NCBI GenBank assembly: GCA_951406725.2
Contig: OX597818.1
Span: 10,850,001 to 10,914,000 of the forward strand
Length of the DNA: 64,000 nucleotides
Direction of reading: 5' to 3'
Source: Octopus vulgaris
Lineage: Eukaryota
Part shown: piece after piece, positions 26,761-41,074 of the stretch
Position numbering within the stretch: the first letter of the stretch is position 1
How the letters are laid out: every line of letters starts with the position of its first letter
Position numbers and translations under genes: made by a program
The notes under the pieces: model-generated
The model's database searches: none
The model's input: only the letters and a program-made list of their open reading frames with translations
What the model was told of the DNA's origin: nothing

Positions 26761-26987
26761 ATGATGAAATACGCACACAAGAAAAGGTTTAATAATGATT
26801 TTCAATTTTTGGCTTGCCAGCCTTTGTCAGACAGTCTAACAAAGGTTAACACATTGAAATTTCAAAGTCACTGTCACTTCGCTCCTTGTAAAAGTGTACT
26901 AAATATGTACTCTACAAAATGTATTGAGTAATTCTTCAGTTTGATTGTCTTTATCATAACTCAACAAAAACAAACATTAATATATAT

Positions 26988-27130
<143 letters not shown>

Positions 27131-27260
27131 GTATGTATGTATATATGATATAAATAATATGTATATATTTAAAATATATAATATAAATAATATATTTAAA
27201 TAATATATATATGATATAAATAATATATATATATTTAAAATATATAATACATATACTTAA

Positions 27261-27297
<37 letters not shown>

Positions 27298-27334
27298 CAG
27301 CATGGAAAGCAGACATTAAATGATGATGTGTATC

Positions 27335-27367
<33 letters not shown>

Positions 27368-27989
27368 GTATGTATATGTATTATATCATAGATCTATTTA
27401 CAATTATGCAGTGAAAAAGCACTCCTTCTTTGAATTTCCCTAGGGGTATGAAACCCTTACTCTCACACCTCTTTTATTCTTTCCCTGTCTCAATGCATAA
27501 AAAAAAAGAAAAGAGAACTAAAATCAGTGCTTAAGTTGACAAGGAAAGTTAACCTTAATACCATATGCCATACACACATATATCCAATACAACCTACTCA
27601 AGAATTCTTTGCTTTTATTGATTTTTTTTTTATATTGCTGGTATGCTAATGTTTTAGTTATTTTTTTGTAACTTTTTTTTTTATTTATTTTTATTAAAGA
27701 CGTTTCTGACATTTTAATAAACATGCAAAAAGGCTTTCAATTATTTTGTTGTAGGATGTTCATGTTGTTGTTGTCAGTTTTGCTGCTCCTTTCCTTGATA
27801 CCCACCTCAGATGTTTTAGTGTATATGTGTGTATATATTTGCTTGTGTTATTTTTTTGTGCATGTGCATATTTTACACATGACCATGTATGTATGCACTT
27901 TAGTTTGTAATTACGCATCTGTGCCTGCATTTGCATATACACACACATTCACACAAATGTTTTCATGCAAAAAGTTATGAAAAGATATA

Positions 27990-28229
27990 CATAGATATTA
28001 GATATGTGTATATATATATATATGTGCTCTTGTGTACATATATGTTTATATTTCTAAATAGGTGTGTGTCTGTGTGTGTGTGTATACATCTGTATGTATG
28101 TATGTATATCTTTGTGTGTATATATATATATATATATGTATAAATGTGTGTGTAAATGTGTATAAATGTATATATATATATATAAATGTATATATGTATA
28201 ATATATAAATATGTATATATATGTATAAA

Positions 28230-28260
<31 letters not shown>

Positions 28261-28315
28261 AAATGTATATGCAGAAATGTATGTGTATGTATAAATGTAT
28301 ATGTAGAAATATGTG

Positions 28316-28378
<63 letters not shown>

Positions 28379-28735
28379 GTAGAAATGTGTATGCATATGT
28401 AGAAATGTATAAGTATAAATATATAAATGTATATATATATTTATATATATATAAATGTATATATATATATATTTTTATATATATATATATGTATACATAT
28501 ATAGATGTATATATATACGCAATATATATGTACGTATGTGTATAAATGTATATATATATAATATATGTACGTATGTGTATAAATGTATATATATATAATA
28601 TATATATGTATATATATAAATGTATATGCATAAATGTATATGCCTGTGTATGTATATGAATATGTATGTATATGTATAAATGTAAATGCATATATATATA
28701 TATATGTGTGTGTGTGTGTTCATGTGTATGTATGT
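27990..28735. repeat. Compound (TA)n/(TATG)n microsatellite
   Basis: Direct inspection. Confidence 0.95.
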
Positions 28736-29279
28736 ATCGGCATGGTTGTGTATATAGATAGGCAAAAGTCAAATAATGCAAGTAAGATTAAGATGCAACG
28801 AACAAACAAATAATACATGAAGAGAAACAAGCCAAAAACATGAGGATGAAAATGTGTAGAAGTATAAAATGAAAAAAACATCAATCAAAGATGTGTTCAT
28901 TGAAGATAAATATAGCAATAGAGAAACAGAAAAGACTTTAATGTTGAAGGTGATACCATTTACCAGACAATGAAAATAATTAAGAGAATCAAGAGAAAAA
29001 AACAAAAAAAACAATATGCAATAGCAAATTTAAGACATCTGTTTACATGAAGGCTGTATATATTTATATTGTGTTTGATTATATTTGTGTATGTATATGA
29101 ATATCTGTATATGTATTATGAATGCACATATACATATATGTATGTATACAAGTATATTCCTAATTTTCTCTCTGCAATTTTGTTCTCCCTTGTAACTGTG
29201 CTCTCTACACATTCTGATTGAATTTTCCATATGGTGGCATGTACATCCTTACAACAATATAAACTTCCTTTAATCAAGT

Positions 29280-29376
29280 TATCCTTGACCTGAAGAGTAG
29301 CCTGTGGTATACACCTCGCCTGGATATTTACTACTTCCGAACTTCCACTTATTCTGAAACATATGTAGCCCAGATA
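29280..29376 (+). ncRNA. Degenerate hammerhead-like motif in a (TA)n-terminated module (about 29190-29610)
   Basis: CUGAAGAGUAG...UUAUUCU-GAAA-CAUAUG-UA/GCCCAGAUA. Stem III is the palindrome ACAUAUGU. Stem I pairs partially with UAUCCUUGAC. Stem II overlaps the core, implying a small deletion. Confidence 0.4.
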
Positions 29377-29605
29377 TTATCTACTTCATTCCTTAACTGT
29401 TGTATTTTATTCACATCCCTGGCAACCGTGGCTGCCTACCGTGAAATATAAAATAATTTTTTTCTGCTTATCATACTTCAGTTTGAAAAAAACCACAACC
29501 TTCCTCCTCAATAAACTACTATTCTTTCTGAAAGTTGTGTTTTATATTTTCTATGGATTGCTTGAAGCTCACCTTCTTCCTACACTTCAATCCTTGGATC
29601 TTACA

Positions 29606-29640
<35 letters not shown>

Positions 29641-29839
29641 TCATCGTTTAACATCCGCTTTCCATGCTAGCTTGTGTTAAACAATTTCACTGGGGTCTGG
29701 CGAACCAGATGGCTGCACCAGACTCCAATCTGATCTGGCAGAGTTTCTACAGTTGGATGCCCTTCCTAATGCCAACCACTCTGAGAGTGTAGTGGGTGCT
29801 TTTACGTGCCACCGGCACATATATATATATATATGATTA

Positions 29840-30370
29840 CTACTGGCACTCTGTTGGTTATGATGATGAGGGTTCCAATTGATCTGATCAACAGATCAGC
29901 TTGCTCGTGGAATTAATGTCCAAGCAACTAGCACTCCACAGACCAGCATACCCTTAACATAACCTGTTAAGGTTTTCTCTACAGATATTCTATAGAAATT
30001 ATAGCAAGCATTGATTTGTGTTACAATGTTTCATGCTCAAAACATCAGATGTAAACAAACAATGAAATCAATGTGCAAAAAAGGGTAATGGGCATATATG
30101 TCATATTTTGAGAGTTTTTCCCTTTTATCAGCACCTATCTAATCCCTTAATCATCCACAAGTATATTGCTTAAATAGCCACTGAACCCTTAACATAGTTC
30201 TCTAGGAGATTCAATCTGACAATGTGACAAAGCAGGTCCCTTGAATTACAGGTAAAACTCACCAGCTGAGCAGACTAGAACAGTATGAAATAAAGTGTCT
30301 TGCCCAAGGATACAATGTACCATCAGCAATTGAAATCACAAGTTTATGATCATACCCATAACCATTAATC
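29840..30370 (-). mobile_element. SINE family D with nested insertion (29962-30184); other copies at 42660-42870 and 44470-44990
   Basis: Shared ggttatgatg...ctgatca...gcactccacagac...cataccct(t)aa...ttctc...gattca. Confidence 0.7.
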
Positions 30371-30431
30371 CACATGTTTTCACACACACACACACACACA
30401 CATATATGTATATATAATATAGATATAAATG

Positions 30432-30805
30432 CAAGAGTGGCTGTGTGGTAAGCAGTTTGCTTCCTAACCACATGCTTCTGGGTTCAGTCCCACTGCATGG
30501 CACCATGAGCAAGTGTCTTCTACTACAGCCTCAGTCTGACCAAAGCTTTGTGAATGGATTTGGTAGCTGGAAACTGAAAGAAGCCCCTCATGGATATATA
30601 TATATATGTATTTGCGTGTCTGTGTTTGTTTCCCCACCATCACTTGACACTGATGTTGGTGTGTTTACATACCCTGTAACTTAGTGATTTGGCAAAAGAG
30701 ATCAAATCAGTACTAGGCTTACAAAGAATAAGGCCTGTTTGACTAAAGGCAGTGCTCCAGCATGGCTGCAGTCAAATAACTGAAACAAGTAAAAGAATAA
30801 AAGAA
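30432..30805 (+). mobile_element. SINE family A, full length
   Basis: Colinear with 61255-61615. Confidence 0.85.
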
Positions 30806-31509
30806 TATACACACACACAACATGGTTAGGTGGTTAAGAAGGTAACTCTGAAACCATGTCATTAGGGTTTCAATCCCACTGTATGAATGTTGTTGGCTAA
30901 TGCTCTGTACTATAACCCTTGGTCAATCAATACCTTGTGAGTAAAATTAGTAGACAGAAACTGAAGAAGCCTGTTGTACATGTGTGCGTGTGTGTATGTG
31001 TAATTATATTTGTGATATATGTATATATGTGTGTATGTGTATGTATATATGTGGGTGGGTGTGTATGTATGTGCATGCATATATTTGTGTATCTGTATAC
31101 ATGTTTATATATGTGTGGGTATCTCTGTTCATGCCCGTGTTTGATCTCCTCCTCTGCAAGTTCAGTCTCTGCAAACAAAGCAACATCCCTGCACTCAAGT
31201 ACAAGAGATACCATGTGTTTATAGCCATGAAATCATTTCCTGGCTTCTTGAAATGTCCGTATCTTCTTCATGATGTTTGTTAGCGAAAGAGGGTCATACA
31301 AAAATGGGTCCGGTCTGTGTCAATGTTCAACAAACCTGGGTGCTATTATTACCTTGCTTGGAAACGGGTTAGATTTGGGTACAGGTAGGGTATATGGCCA
31401 CAGAAACTATCTCAATGAATTCTGTGTAACCCATGCAAGCATGGAAAAATGAATGTTAAAAACAATGATGATGATAATATCTAAATATACATGCAAATAT
31501 ATTTATACA

Positions 31510-31561
<52 letters not shown>

Positions 31562-32576
31562 AATATATGTATGTAAAATATATACATGCATATATATAAA
31601 TTTATGTAAGTAAATAGATATGTATATGTCTATATAGATGTGTATGTGCATATATATATATATATATATATATACAAATACACATGTGTGTGTATGTTTG
31701 CATGTGTATGCATACATGCAGATCAATTCCTGATCCATATATATAAGCACTGTGTATGCATATAAGTGAGTTTTGTGTCAAATAATGAGAGGGAGAAAAG
31801 AATGAGTGAGAGAAGGATGATTGAAGCTTTAAAGATTTTAATGACAATTGGAAAAATAGAAAATCTTCTTTGATATATCTTAAGGTTTTGGAAGAAAGAA
31901 ATCTTCACTACACACACATACATCGCTGTATGATTTCACACAAATGAATAAAAAATTTCATGCAGTATATAGATATATACTCTTCTAATAAAACTTTTTT
32001 ATGTATATTTTACTGATAACTTTACATATATAGGCTTTTATGCATATACATACTCTTATTGAAACATATTTATATTCCTATCCATCTACCTCCCCCCACC
32101 TGCATGCTCCTGCAAACTTCATCCATCCATCCTGAATCTTTTGTTGTCATATACCCTCTTTCTTAGGGTTGTTACTATAAGGGTAATTCCTTAACACCAT
32201 TTTTAAGCTCTTTAGCTGGCATCCCTTTATACCTGTATGTAATGTTTGGTGGTAATGAACTTCCTCCATGAAAACAAACCTGTTTCTCCCATCTTATTTG
32301 AACCTCTCAACAACTTGGATCATGCCACCTTCCCTCTCAATTCTCCTCAGTTGAGAGAGATCTTTAATCTTGCATTCTACAAGGTAACCTCAATAGTGCT
32401 CGTACCACACAAAAAAGAGTGCCCTGTACACACAGCAAAGCTATTGGCATTAAGAGGGGCATCTATCATAGAAAGTTTGCCCATATTGGAGCAAAATGTA
32501 CTTGCTCCTTAGAGTTACAGGATTCTGCTGAACCTTCTACACCATGGTAGCATGGTAATTAGTTTTAAAATCAGTA

Positions 32577-32616
<40 letters not shown>

Positions 32617-32732
32617 TAAGTAATTAAGGGTTTAGCAACGAATTGCCTCACCAACACACCAAATTTAGAAATAGCAGTCAAAGAGATATAGCTATTCAAA
32701 GAGATATAGCTATTATATATATATATATATAT

Positions 32733-32791
<59 letters not shown>

Positions 32792-35700
32792 TGATAATGA
32801 TGATGATGTCAATGAAGTTCTAGCATAGTCTGGTTTTTGTATTTTATTTTTCTGCTTTATATTGTATTACATATTGCAATAATACAAGTACTTTTATGCT
32901 TTCTGCAGTCTTCAGGTTTATGTTGCAACAGCTTTCAGAGACTGTTGTGCTTCACAATTGGCAACTGTATCAGTTGTGAAGATTGCAAAAAACATGAAAG
33001 TACTTGTTATTGTAGGAAGTAATATTGTAAAATTGGAATTTCATTCACTTATATACCTCTTACAGAAATATACTTACATATACAAGAAATATACATACTT
33101 AGGTTTATATAAACATGTGTATATCCTATTATGTCTTTATACAATTACCTCACATTCATGCATGCCTTTACACAAATACATTTATTATATAAATGCATTT
33201 ACATATAGATTTGCACAAATATATACACACCGTTAAACAAATATACTCATTACTAAACAAATATACACATACTGTTACATAAACTTGAGAGCCTCATTTC
33301 ATGAACTTGCATATATAGACACCCACCATCACATTCAAAGGCATTCTTGACTTGACTTAGTCATTCTACACTCAGCTACTCACACATGCACACACTTTTT
33401 CACACATACCTTTACCTAATCATATATCTTTTCATTCACAAACATAAAGACAATTGTTCATACTCACATATGCATATACACACCGGTGTACAAGCTAACA
33501 AAATACTGTCTACATAATTGGTTATTCTGATAAACATGGCAACAAAATCTCCCTCAAACCACACCATACCATACTAGGTAAGAAAACATTAGATCATGCT
33601 ATTCAGTGGTTCTCTACCATTTTTTAATCTATGGGCCCCTTTGGTTATTATTTTATTCTGCTGAACTCTCAGAGCCATATGATGTTTAAAACTAGTTTTA
33701 TAGAACCTTCTTTCAAAATTCCTATTTTGTTCATTAAACATTCACTCATGTAGATTGAACTATGTAAAACATCTGAGAAAGAAACTTAGCTATTACTTGC
33801 AATAAATACATGTGAAGCAAAATTTTTCTCATAAACCCTTAAAATAATACTTGCAGACCCAATGCAGGTGTTACATGGTCACACAACCTGCTAGAAATAA
33901 CAAGGGTTCTTTATCCAATGCTCTTCTGATCCTACCAAATCACTGCTCTAACAATGATAAAAATGTGGTTTCTTCTGTTGTAGTTGTTGTTTAGTCCAAG
34001 GTGACCTTTGATTGAGCATTGTTACAGCAATGACCATCCCCAGTTTTTTTTTCTACATTGTATCTTGGAATAATATAGGAATGCATTCAATATTTTCTTC
34101 ATTTTCATTAGTAGAGTATTATTTAGAATACATTTGGCTGCTATTTCTAGCAGATCAATCAACTTTATAGGGGCTTGTTCATTAGCTCATTAGATTAGTT
34201 GTCGCTGTTGTGTAACCATTGGTCAGCTTGGTCAAATAAACATATAATCCATGATTTTCTAGCTATCACCAACCCACCTTTTCCTTTTCTCAAGCATTAT
34301 GTATCCAGGACTACAGTATTAAATGTATCTGTTGTTGTTGTTTAACCCTGAGTCAGACCTGACTGAGCAGACCATGTTCAAAGGCATTCATCTGCGACCA
34401 TTTTGTCTTTATGTATATTTTAAACCACAGTGTCTATTAATTAGCTTGTTTAACAAGACAGCAGCATGTGATTTAAGGGAGATGTGAATGCTATTTTTAG
34501 CAGATCAAACTTCACATACAGGCTCCATGCTAGCTCAAGCAGTCTTCTGTTATCCTGCGCTGTGTTAATACATTGCAAAACAGGCTTTGCAGTCATTTAC
34601 CAATACCAACCGTATCTGCTGAACTCATTGTTCTCATTGTTCAGTGTCAGCCATGCTATTATGAACACTATTGTAGTTTTTGTTCTGTTTATTTATAGCT
34701 GAATGTTTGTTTTTTGCATTATATGTTATTGTTTAGCCATCCATCCATCCATCTATCCATCCATCCATCCATCACTCCATCAATAAGAGCAATTCTCTTA
34801 CAAGGTTATCAATAATCTTTATTATTGTTGTAGTACTGATTGTGAGAAGCATGGAAACTACTCCTTGTTCTAATGTCTCTGACATGCTGAGCAATTTTAT
34901 TGAATTTTCGCTCACTTGCATGTATGCGTGTGCATACACATTCAAATATATACATGCATACAACATGTATACATTCACCACTCTCATATATTTTGCTGGA
35001 ACAAACAATGCCCTTGGAAGTGAAGATGGTGTAGATACATGAGGGGAGAAGTGTAAAATGCCAAGAATTGGTGAAGGGCTACAAAAAGTATGAGTGGAGG
35101 GTCAGATGTATTGGCTGTGGAGGTCAACAGTTTGTAGGTTTTCCTTGTAGAATGTGAAGCATGATCAACAACAAAGGTGGTTTGCAGAGAAGCCATCTGG
35201 ATGATTTGGGCTAAAAGGCCGTGCTCAGTGGAGTGAGTAGAATACCTCTTGTATACAGGCTGAAGTTTGATCAACTTTGATTAGTTCTTTCAAATGTGGG
35301 TGCATATTGCAAGACCTGAAATATCCGGTGTTCACCCCATGGTAGACTAATAATGATGTAAAAAACTACACACATACACATAGAGTATATGAAGACACAC
35401 ATACTTATATCCTCATTCGACCATTCATAGATATGATGACCATTCCATCAGGGATACATTGAAGAGCTTGCTTCTTTGAATTTTCTTAGTTCCCTCATAC
35501 ACTGGCTTCTCTGCTCTGGGCCTGCTTGTGCACTATTGCATCTTTTCATTATGAGATTGCACTAGATAGAGAGATCACTCTGCAACAATATTCTCTCATA
35601 ATCCTGAATTAATATTTAGCACTTTTAGGTATGTCGTGAGAGTATATTTGTAGCATGGGTACTATTCACAGACTAAATGTATACAAAAACTCATACATCT

Positions 35701-37269
35701 GTCTATCTGTCTGTATGTATGTATGTATATATGTCTAACCATCTATCCCTCTCTCCCAGCCACAGGTGTGGCTGTGTGGTTAAGAAGTTTGCCTCACAGC
35801 CATATGGTTTCAGGTTCAATCCCACTTTGTCAGCTAAAGCTTTGTGAGTTGATTTTGTAGATGGAGACTGAAAGAAGCCCGTCATACATGTGTGCCTCTG
35901 TGTGTGTGTGTGTGTGTGTGCGTGTAAATATTTTAATTTTTATTTTGCATCTATATAAAACGTATACTATACAGCCTTTTGCTGCTGGATGGAGTATTGA
36001 ATGTTATTTCTCTGAGGCTTTATCCTCTCCTAGCTGGTTTATTGGGTTATTGTGTTTATATTTGCTTATTTCGATTTGGTTTGATGCATCAAGGAAACTT
36101 TCCTACTGTTAAACATACATGCTTGTGTGCATGTGCCTGTGTCTATGCATACATAATCCTTATATACACACACACACATATGTATATGTATGTATGTATG
36201 TATATATATATATATATATGTGTATATATATTCACATACATGTATATAATTACATGTACACATTATATATATATTTACACATAATTTGTGCTTTGACTTT
36301 TCTAGTTCTTCTCCTTTTGCTATTCATTTTTACCTTTTATTATTATTTTTTTTCTCTTTCTTGCCTTTTATTTATTGGTCATGCTCTATGCAATTTTTCA
36401 TATGCCCAAATCAATCCATAGCAATTTTAACACTGAAAGTGGCACGTGGCATGTTGTAAAAATGCAATTTCTGATCTCCATTTGTGTTTTGAAGATAACA
36501 TTAATCGAAGTGTGAGTGGCAAATAGCTGGTTCAGTGCTTATTTATTTTATTGAATATCTAGTTGTTTATCATGATATCTATTTAGATATTACACTCTTG
36601 TACCTACACTGCTATGTAAAAACAAGGGTATCAGATTCTGTATTTAAGTAAGCTTGTTGTGTTGGTTTTTTTTTTTTTTTTTTTAAATCTCAGGTCCTTT
36701 CTGGTCATGCAGACCTGTGACCAACAGCATTCCAGCTATAACTATAACATCAGTTCCCTATGTTAGGGAGTGTGTCCTTTATTAAGATAGTAGGTATGAT
36801 TGGAGGAAGATTTGTCAGCAATTTCTTCTTGCAGGTCAAACATCAAATAGAATGTAGAAGCTTTCTTGTTAGCTCATTTAATAAAGGCTGTGCGTTTGTG
36901 TAAGTGTGTGAACACACACACACACAGACACACATATACACAGTAAGTATGTATATATGGTATAAGAGACTTTGTTTCATCCAGCATTAACAGGCTAAGG
37001 GATGTAAAGCAAAGGAAAAAAGCAGCTGCAAGTATACTGCCTGCGCTGACCCGTAATCCTCATGCTTGCAACATCTGCTGACTTCTTTGCAAATCGTTGG
37101 CGGGACTTGGATGTCACATTCGATATAGCATTATGACTGACTAAGAAAGTGCAAGTTGTCTGATCCTCATGCATCGAAACCAATTGGAAAGGCCATTTTA
37201 TATATAAATATACATATATATATACACACATACGCACACACTTTCTTAACTGCTTTCTATGTGTGTTGT

Positions 37270-38590
37270 GAATTTTGTGAAGTAGTGGTAGGTCTATGTT
37301 GCTGACTCTGATGGTTAGTAATATTTGATGTGTTGCTGTGAAGAAGGAAAATTATGGAGTTGATAGGTGCTACTTACAGTCTGCCACTGTGAAGCTAGGT
37401 TTCTAAACGATTTAAGCAGAGTTGGAGTAGATGTGTTGTGTTGTCTACAGAATGATGAGAGGAGGTGAGTGTGATATCATACTTATGGTGTTGTTACTAT
37501 ATATTTTGTGGAGGTGTGGTAAAGTCATGGAGATATATGTTGAGATCAACGGGTAAGGGGTTGGTCCCTTATAAATTCTTCATCAGGGAAATACATATTT
37601 CATGTTATTCTTCTACACTACACAGACTTTTCTGTCGTTTCTTAAAACTGTGTTCTCGCATGTCCAAGTGTTTTTCCATTTTTGGCTTTGTAGTGCAGGT
37701 GGTCTGTGGATTTGGTCTATGTAGAATTTGTTACGATGCAGAGGGCGCTATCTTGTGTTGTTAGTAATCTATTATGGAGAGATTGGGCTGGTTAATAGAA
37801 TTGGCATAATCCATAATAGAAATAATGTATTGTTTGTACACAGTTGTTGTTTCTCTCTGTTGACCAAACATGTGTGATTGCTCCATGTTTTTGTCTTTTA
37901 TCTTTGACTTGTTTTGGTCATTAGACTGTGACTATGCTGGAGAACTGCCTTGGAGAATTTTTTAAGTCAAATGAATTGATCCCAGTTCTTATTCATTTTT
38001 TTTTTAAAGCCTGGTACTTCTATCAGTCTCTTTTGCAGAACTGCTAAGTTACAGGAATGTAAAAACACCAGCACCAGTTGTCAAGCAATGGTGGTGATGG
38101 TGAAAGAACACATACACACACATAGATATATATATATATATGTATGACAGGCTTCTTTCAGTTTCTGTCTACCAAATCCACTCTCAATGCTATATATAGT
38201 AGAAGACACTTGCCCATGGTGCCATGCAGTGGAACTAAACCCAGAGCCATGTGGTTGGGAAGCAAGCTTCTCACTGCACAGCCATGATTTTTTTTTTCTT
38301 TGAAACTTTTTGGTATGAGTAGATAGTGAGGAATGGATTAAAAAAAACCTGTGCTGATGTCAGTGGTAGTTACAATGATACATATAGGAGGTTTATTTTG
38401 TTGTTGAAGCTATCATGCATTTTGTGTGTTAAGTATATAATGCAGAGGTATGTGTGTAAACAGTCTGGTTTGTGATTTGGATAGAGCTAGTGGTGTGAAG
38501 GATTAGATTTTTCTAAAACATTTTAGAATATCCATTGGTGGTTGATTGGGCTGCATGATGTTTATTTCATGTGATCTCATAAAACTCTGC
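37270..38590 (-). mobile_element. Decayed non-LTR retrotransposon (I/Nimb-like RT), interrupted by a SINE at about 37895-38285
   Basis: Minus-strand fragments QQNKPPICIIVTTTDISTGF (cf. KPP.RT...DISKAFD) and LTTQDSALCIVTNST*TKSTDHLHYKAK (cf. QNAALRIATG...DHLH.E). Confidence 0.6.
37895..38285 (-). mobile_element. SINE family A, inserted in a LINE remnant
   Basis: Reverse complement of family A. Confidence 0.8.
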
Positions 38591-39965
38591 ATCTAACAAC
38601 TAAGGGGAGACAAGTAAGGTCAATGCAGTTGGTCCTCTTCAGCATGAACACTTTATTACTATCTTTGAACCTGAGTCATTCCAGAAAAACCTACCTATGA
38701 ACAAAGGCATTCCAGCTATGACCATTCTGTCTTTTTCTATCGGTTATATTATTCCATGTTCCTTTTCTTTTTAAGGTAATAGGATTAATTTGGAGGAGAT
38801 TTTGTGGGAGGAACGAGTATGCAAGGTAGAGAGTTACAAAGAGTAAGATCCTGGGGAAGAATGTGTGAAATTGTATGAAGTGCTTAGTTTGGGATTTGTG
38901 GGACAGATAAAGTAGAAATGAGAAGAGACGGGTCAGTGCATCTTGTCTTTGAAGAGAAGGGAAATATGGCTTCCTTTTTCAGTGAAAACACTGTTGTAGT
39001 AATAATAGAAGCAACAAACAGAGGAAACAAAAATCCATTTTAGTGGCTGGAAGTGGGGCTGGATGCTGATAAGAACTGTGTTTAGAGCATCTATACCATC
39101 CCAACATGTGATGCATTTCCAGTGCTTGTACTACTGGCAGCTGAGTTAAAGTTTACGCATATGTATGTCTAAAACGTAGTCATTTGTAATAGATTAGTGT
39201 AATCGTTTGTAATTAATCTATGGTTAATGAATCTCTTTACATAATGAGTACTAGTAATAAAAGGAATCTTTATGAACTGAAAGAACAGTAATTGAACTTA
39301 AAAAGTCTTTTTCTTGTTTTTCCCTTTTCGCTTAAATGAATGAAGAACTTCATTCAAAATTCCTGAGAAACTCTGTGCATATGGAGTACATGTAGACATA
39401 ACACACACGGCTTCTGGAGAGTTTCTGTTTACCAGATTCTCTCACAATGTATTGGTCAGTCTGGAGCTGTAGAAAATGTTTGCCCAATGTGCTACTCACC
39501 CAGGGCATCCTACATAATGGGATCAAACTTAGAACCACATGGTTTGCAAAGAAGACTTCTTAACCACATAACCATACCTGCATCTGCAAAACACACACAC
39601 ACACACTCACGTGCATATATCTGCTAGTGCGATTGGTACTTGTACTGCTGCTGCTGCTGGTTTTCATTGATAGCTCATACAACTTGCTTCTGCTGTTGCT
39701 ACTACATGACAACAAATTGCATCTACTTGGATGTTTTAAAGCCATTGTTCCTCTTGAAGAATCTACCACACTTTTGTGGTCTCTTCAATATGCAATTAGT
39801 GCTCACATAGCTGCTCACAGCTCCGACGTCAATATCCTTACATCTAATACAACTCATTGTTTCCATTCTGCTTTTCTGCTACTCTGATTCTTTTTCTGTC
39901 TGTGTCTTTTCTTTGTTTGTAGTTTTCTCTTCCTCTTTCCTTTTTTCTTTTTTTTTTCATTTCAT

Positions 39966-40004
<39 letters not shown>

Positions 40005-40227
40005 CATATGCACTGTCTTATTTTATTTTACTTTTATTATTTTTATTCTTTGTGCTATACAATTGTCATTTGAAATTCTATCAGTTTTGTTCCTGTAATT
40101 GTCTTGTTGTCTTCTTCTGCCTTTCTGTGATTCCATTCCGAAAACTGGTGTGTTTTGCCTTAAAGAGATGCACACCAATTCTAGGCTTCTTTACAGAGAA
40201 ATATATAAATAATGGATAGTCATGGCG

Positions 40228-40980
40228 ATAGTAGTAGTAGTAGTAGTAGTAGTAGTAAGAATGATGATGATAATGATTGTGAAGGAAGGATTGAGTAAAC
40301 AATAAGTGGAAACAAAGCGAAAGAGAACAACACTTTAACTTGTGTATCTTGCAGTGATTTCCTGTGAATGATAGAACAGGCTGCCAGCTTTTTTGTAGTT
40401 GTTGTTGTTATCGCTGTTGCTGTTTTTTGTTGATGTTGTTGTTGTTGTTGTTGTTGGTAGTGGTAGTGGTGTAGAATATAGTAGTAGCAACAACAGTGGT
40501 GGTAGATGAAAGTGGTGGTGGTGGACATGGTGGTGATACAGGGTTGTTGTTGTAGTAGTAGTAGTAAGTAGTAGTAGTAGTAGTAATAGCACTTGTGGAG
40601 GTCATAGTGGGAGGGGGTAATGGTATTTATTGGATGGTGGTGGTGGTGGTGATACAGGGTTGTTGTTGTAATAGTAGTAGTAGTAGCACTTGTGGAGGTC
40701 ATAGTGGGAGGGGATAATGGTATTGGATAGTGGTGATTGTGATGGTGATAGAGGTAAATGTGATGTGGTGTGGAGGAGCAAGGTGATAAAGGTGATAACT
40801 ATCAGTAGTAAAGGTGTCAGCGGCAGTGGTGATGGTAGGAGGTAAAGATGATGAAATTGGTGATGGCCGGCACAGCTGATGTTAGTGATGGTGGTGGCTG
40901 TATTGTAAATTGTTGTACATTTGTTGTTGTCATTGCTATTGTAGCAGAATAGTAACTGCAACAGTTGTAGTGGTATGGCT
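40228..40980. repeat. (TAG)/(TTG)/(TGG) low-complexity tract containing a duplicated unit of about 100 bp
   Basis: ggtggtgatacagggttgttgttgta...tagcacttgtggaggtcatagtgggagggg occurs twice (about 40530-40628 and 40645-40724). Confidence 0.9.
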
Positions 40981-41074
40981 GTGATTGTATACCCCTAGGT
41001 CAGGCATGATTTGGCAAACATCTTCAAGATGTTCTACTTGTGATCATTTCACCTTTTAAGGGAATATCTAGGAA

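Noticed and set aside
32895-32918. Minus-strand CTGAAGA-CTGCA-GAAA match
   Set aside because: No stem II closing pair and no stem I; likely chance.
34984-35340. 96-aa ORF or possible LINE 3' remnant
   Set aside because: Only vague resemblance to LINE C-termini; too decayed to call.
40220-40961. Poly-Gln/His/Thr/Tyr ORFs
   Set aside because: Trinucleotide low-complexity tract with no splice or domain support.
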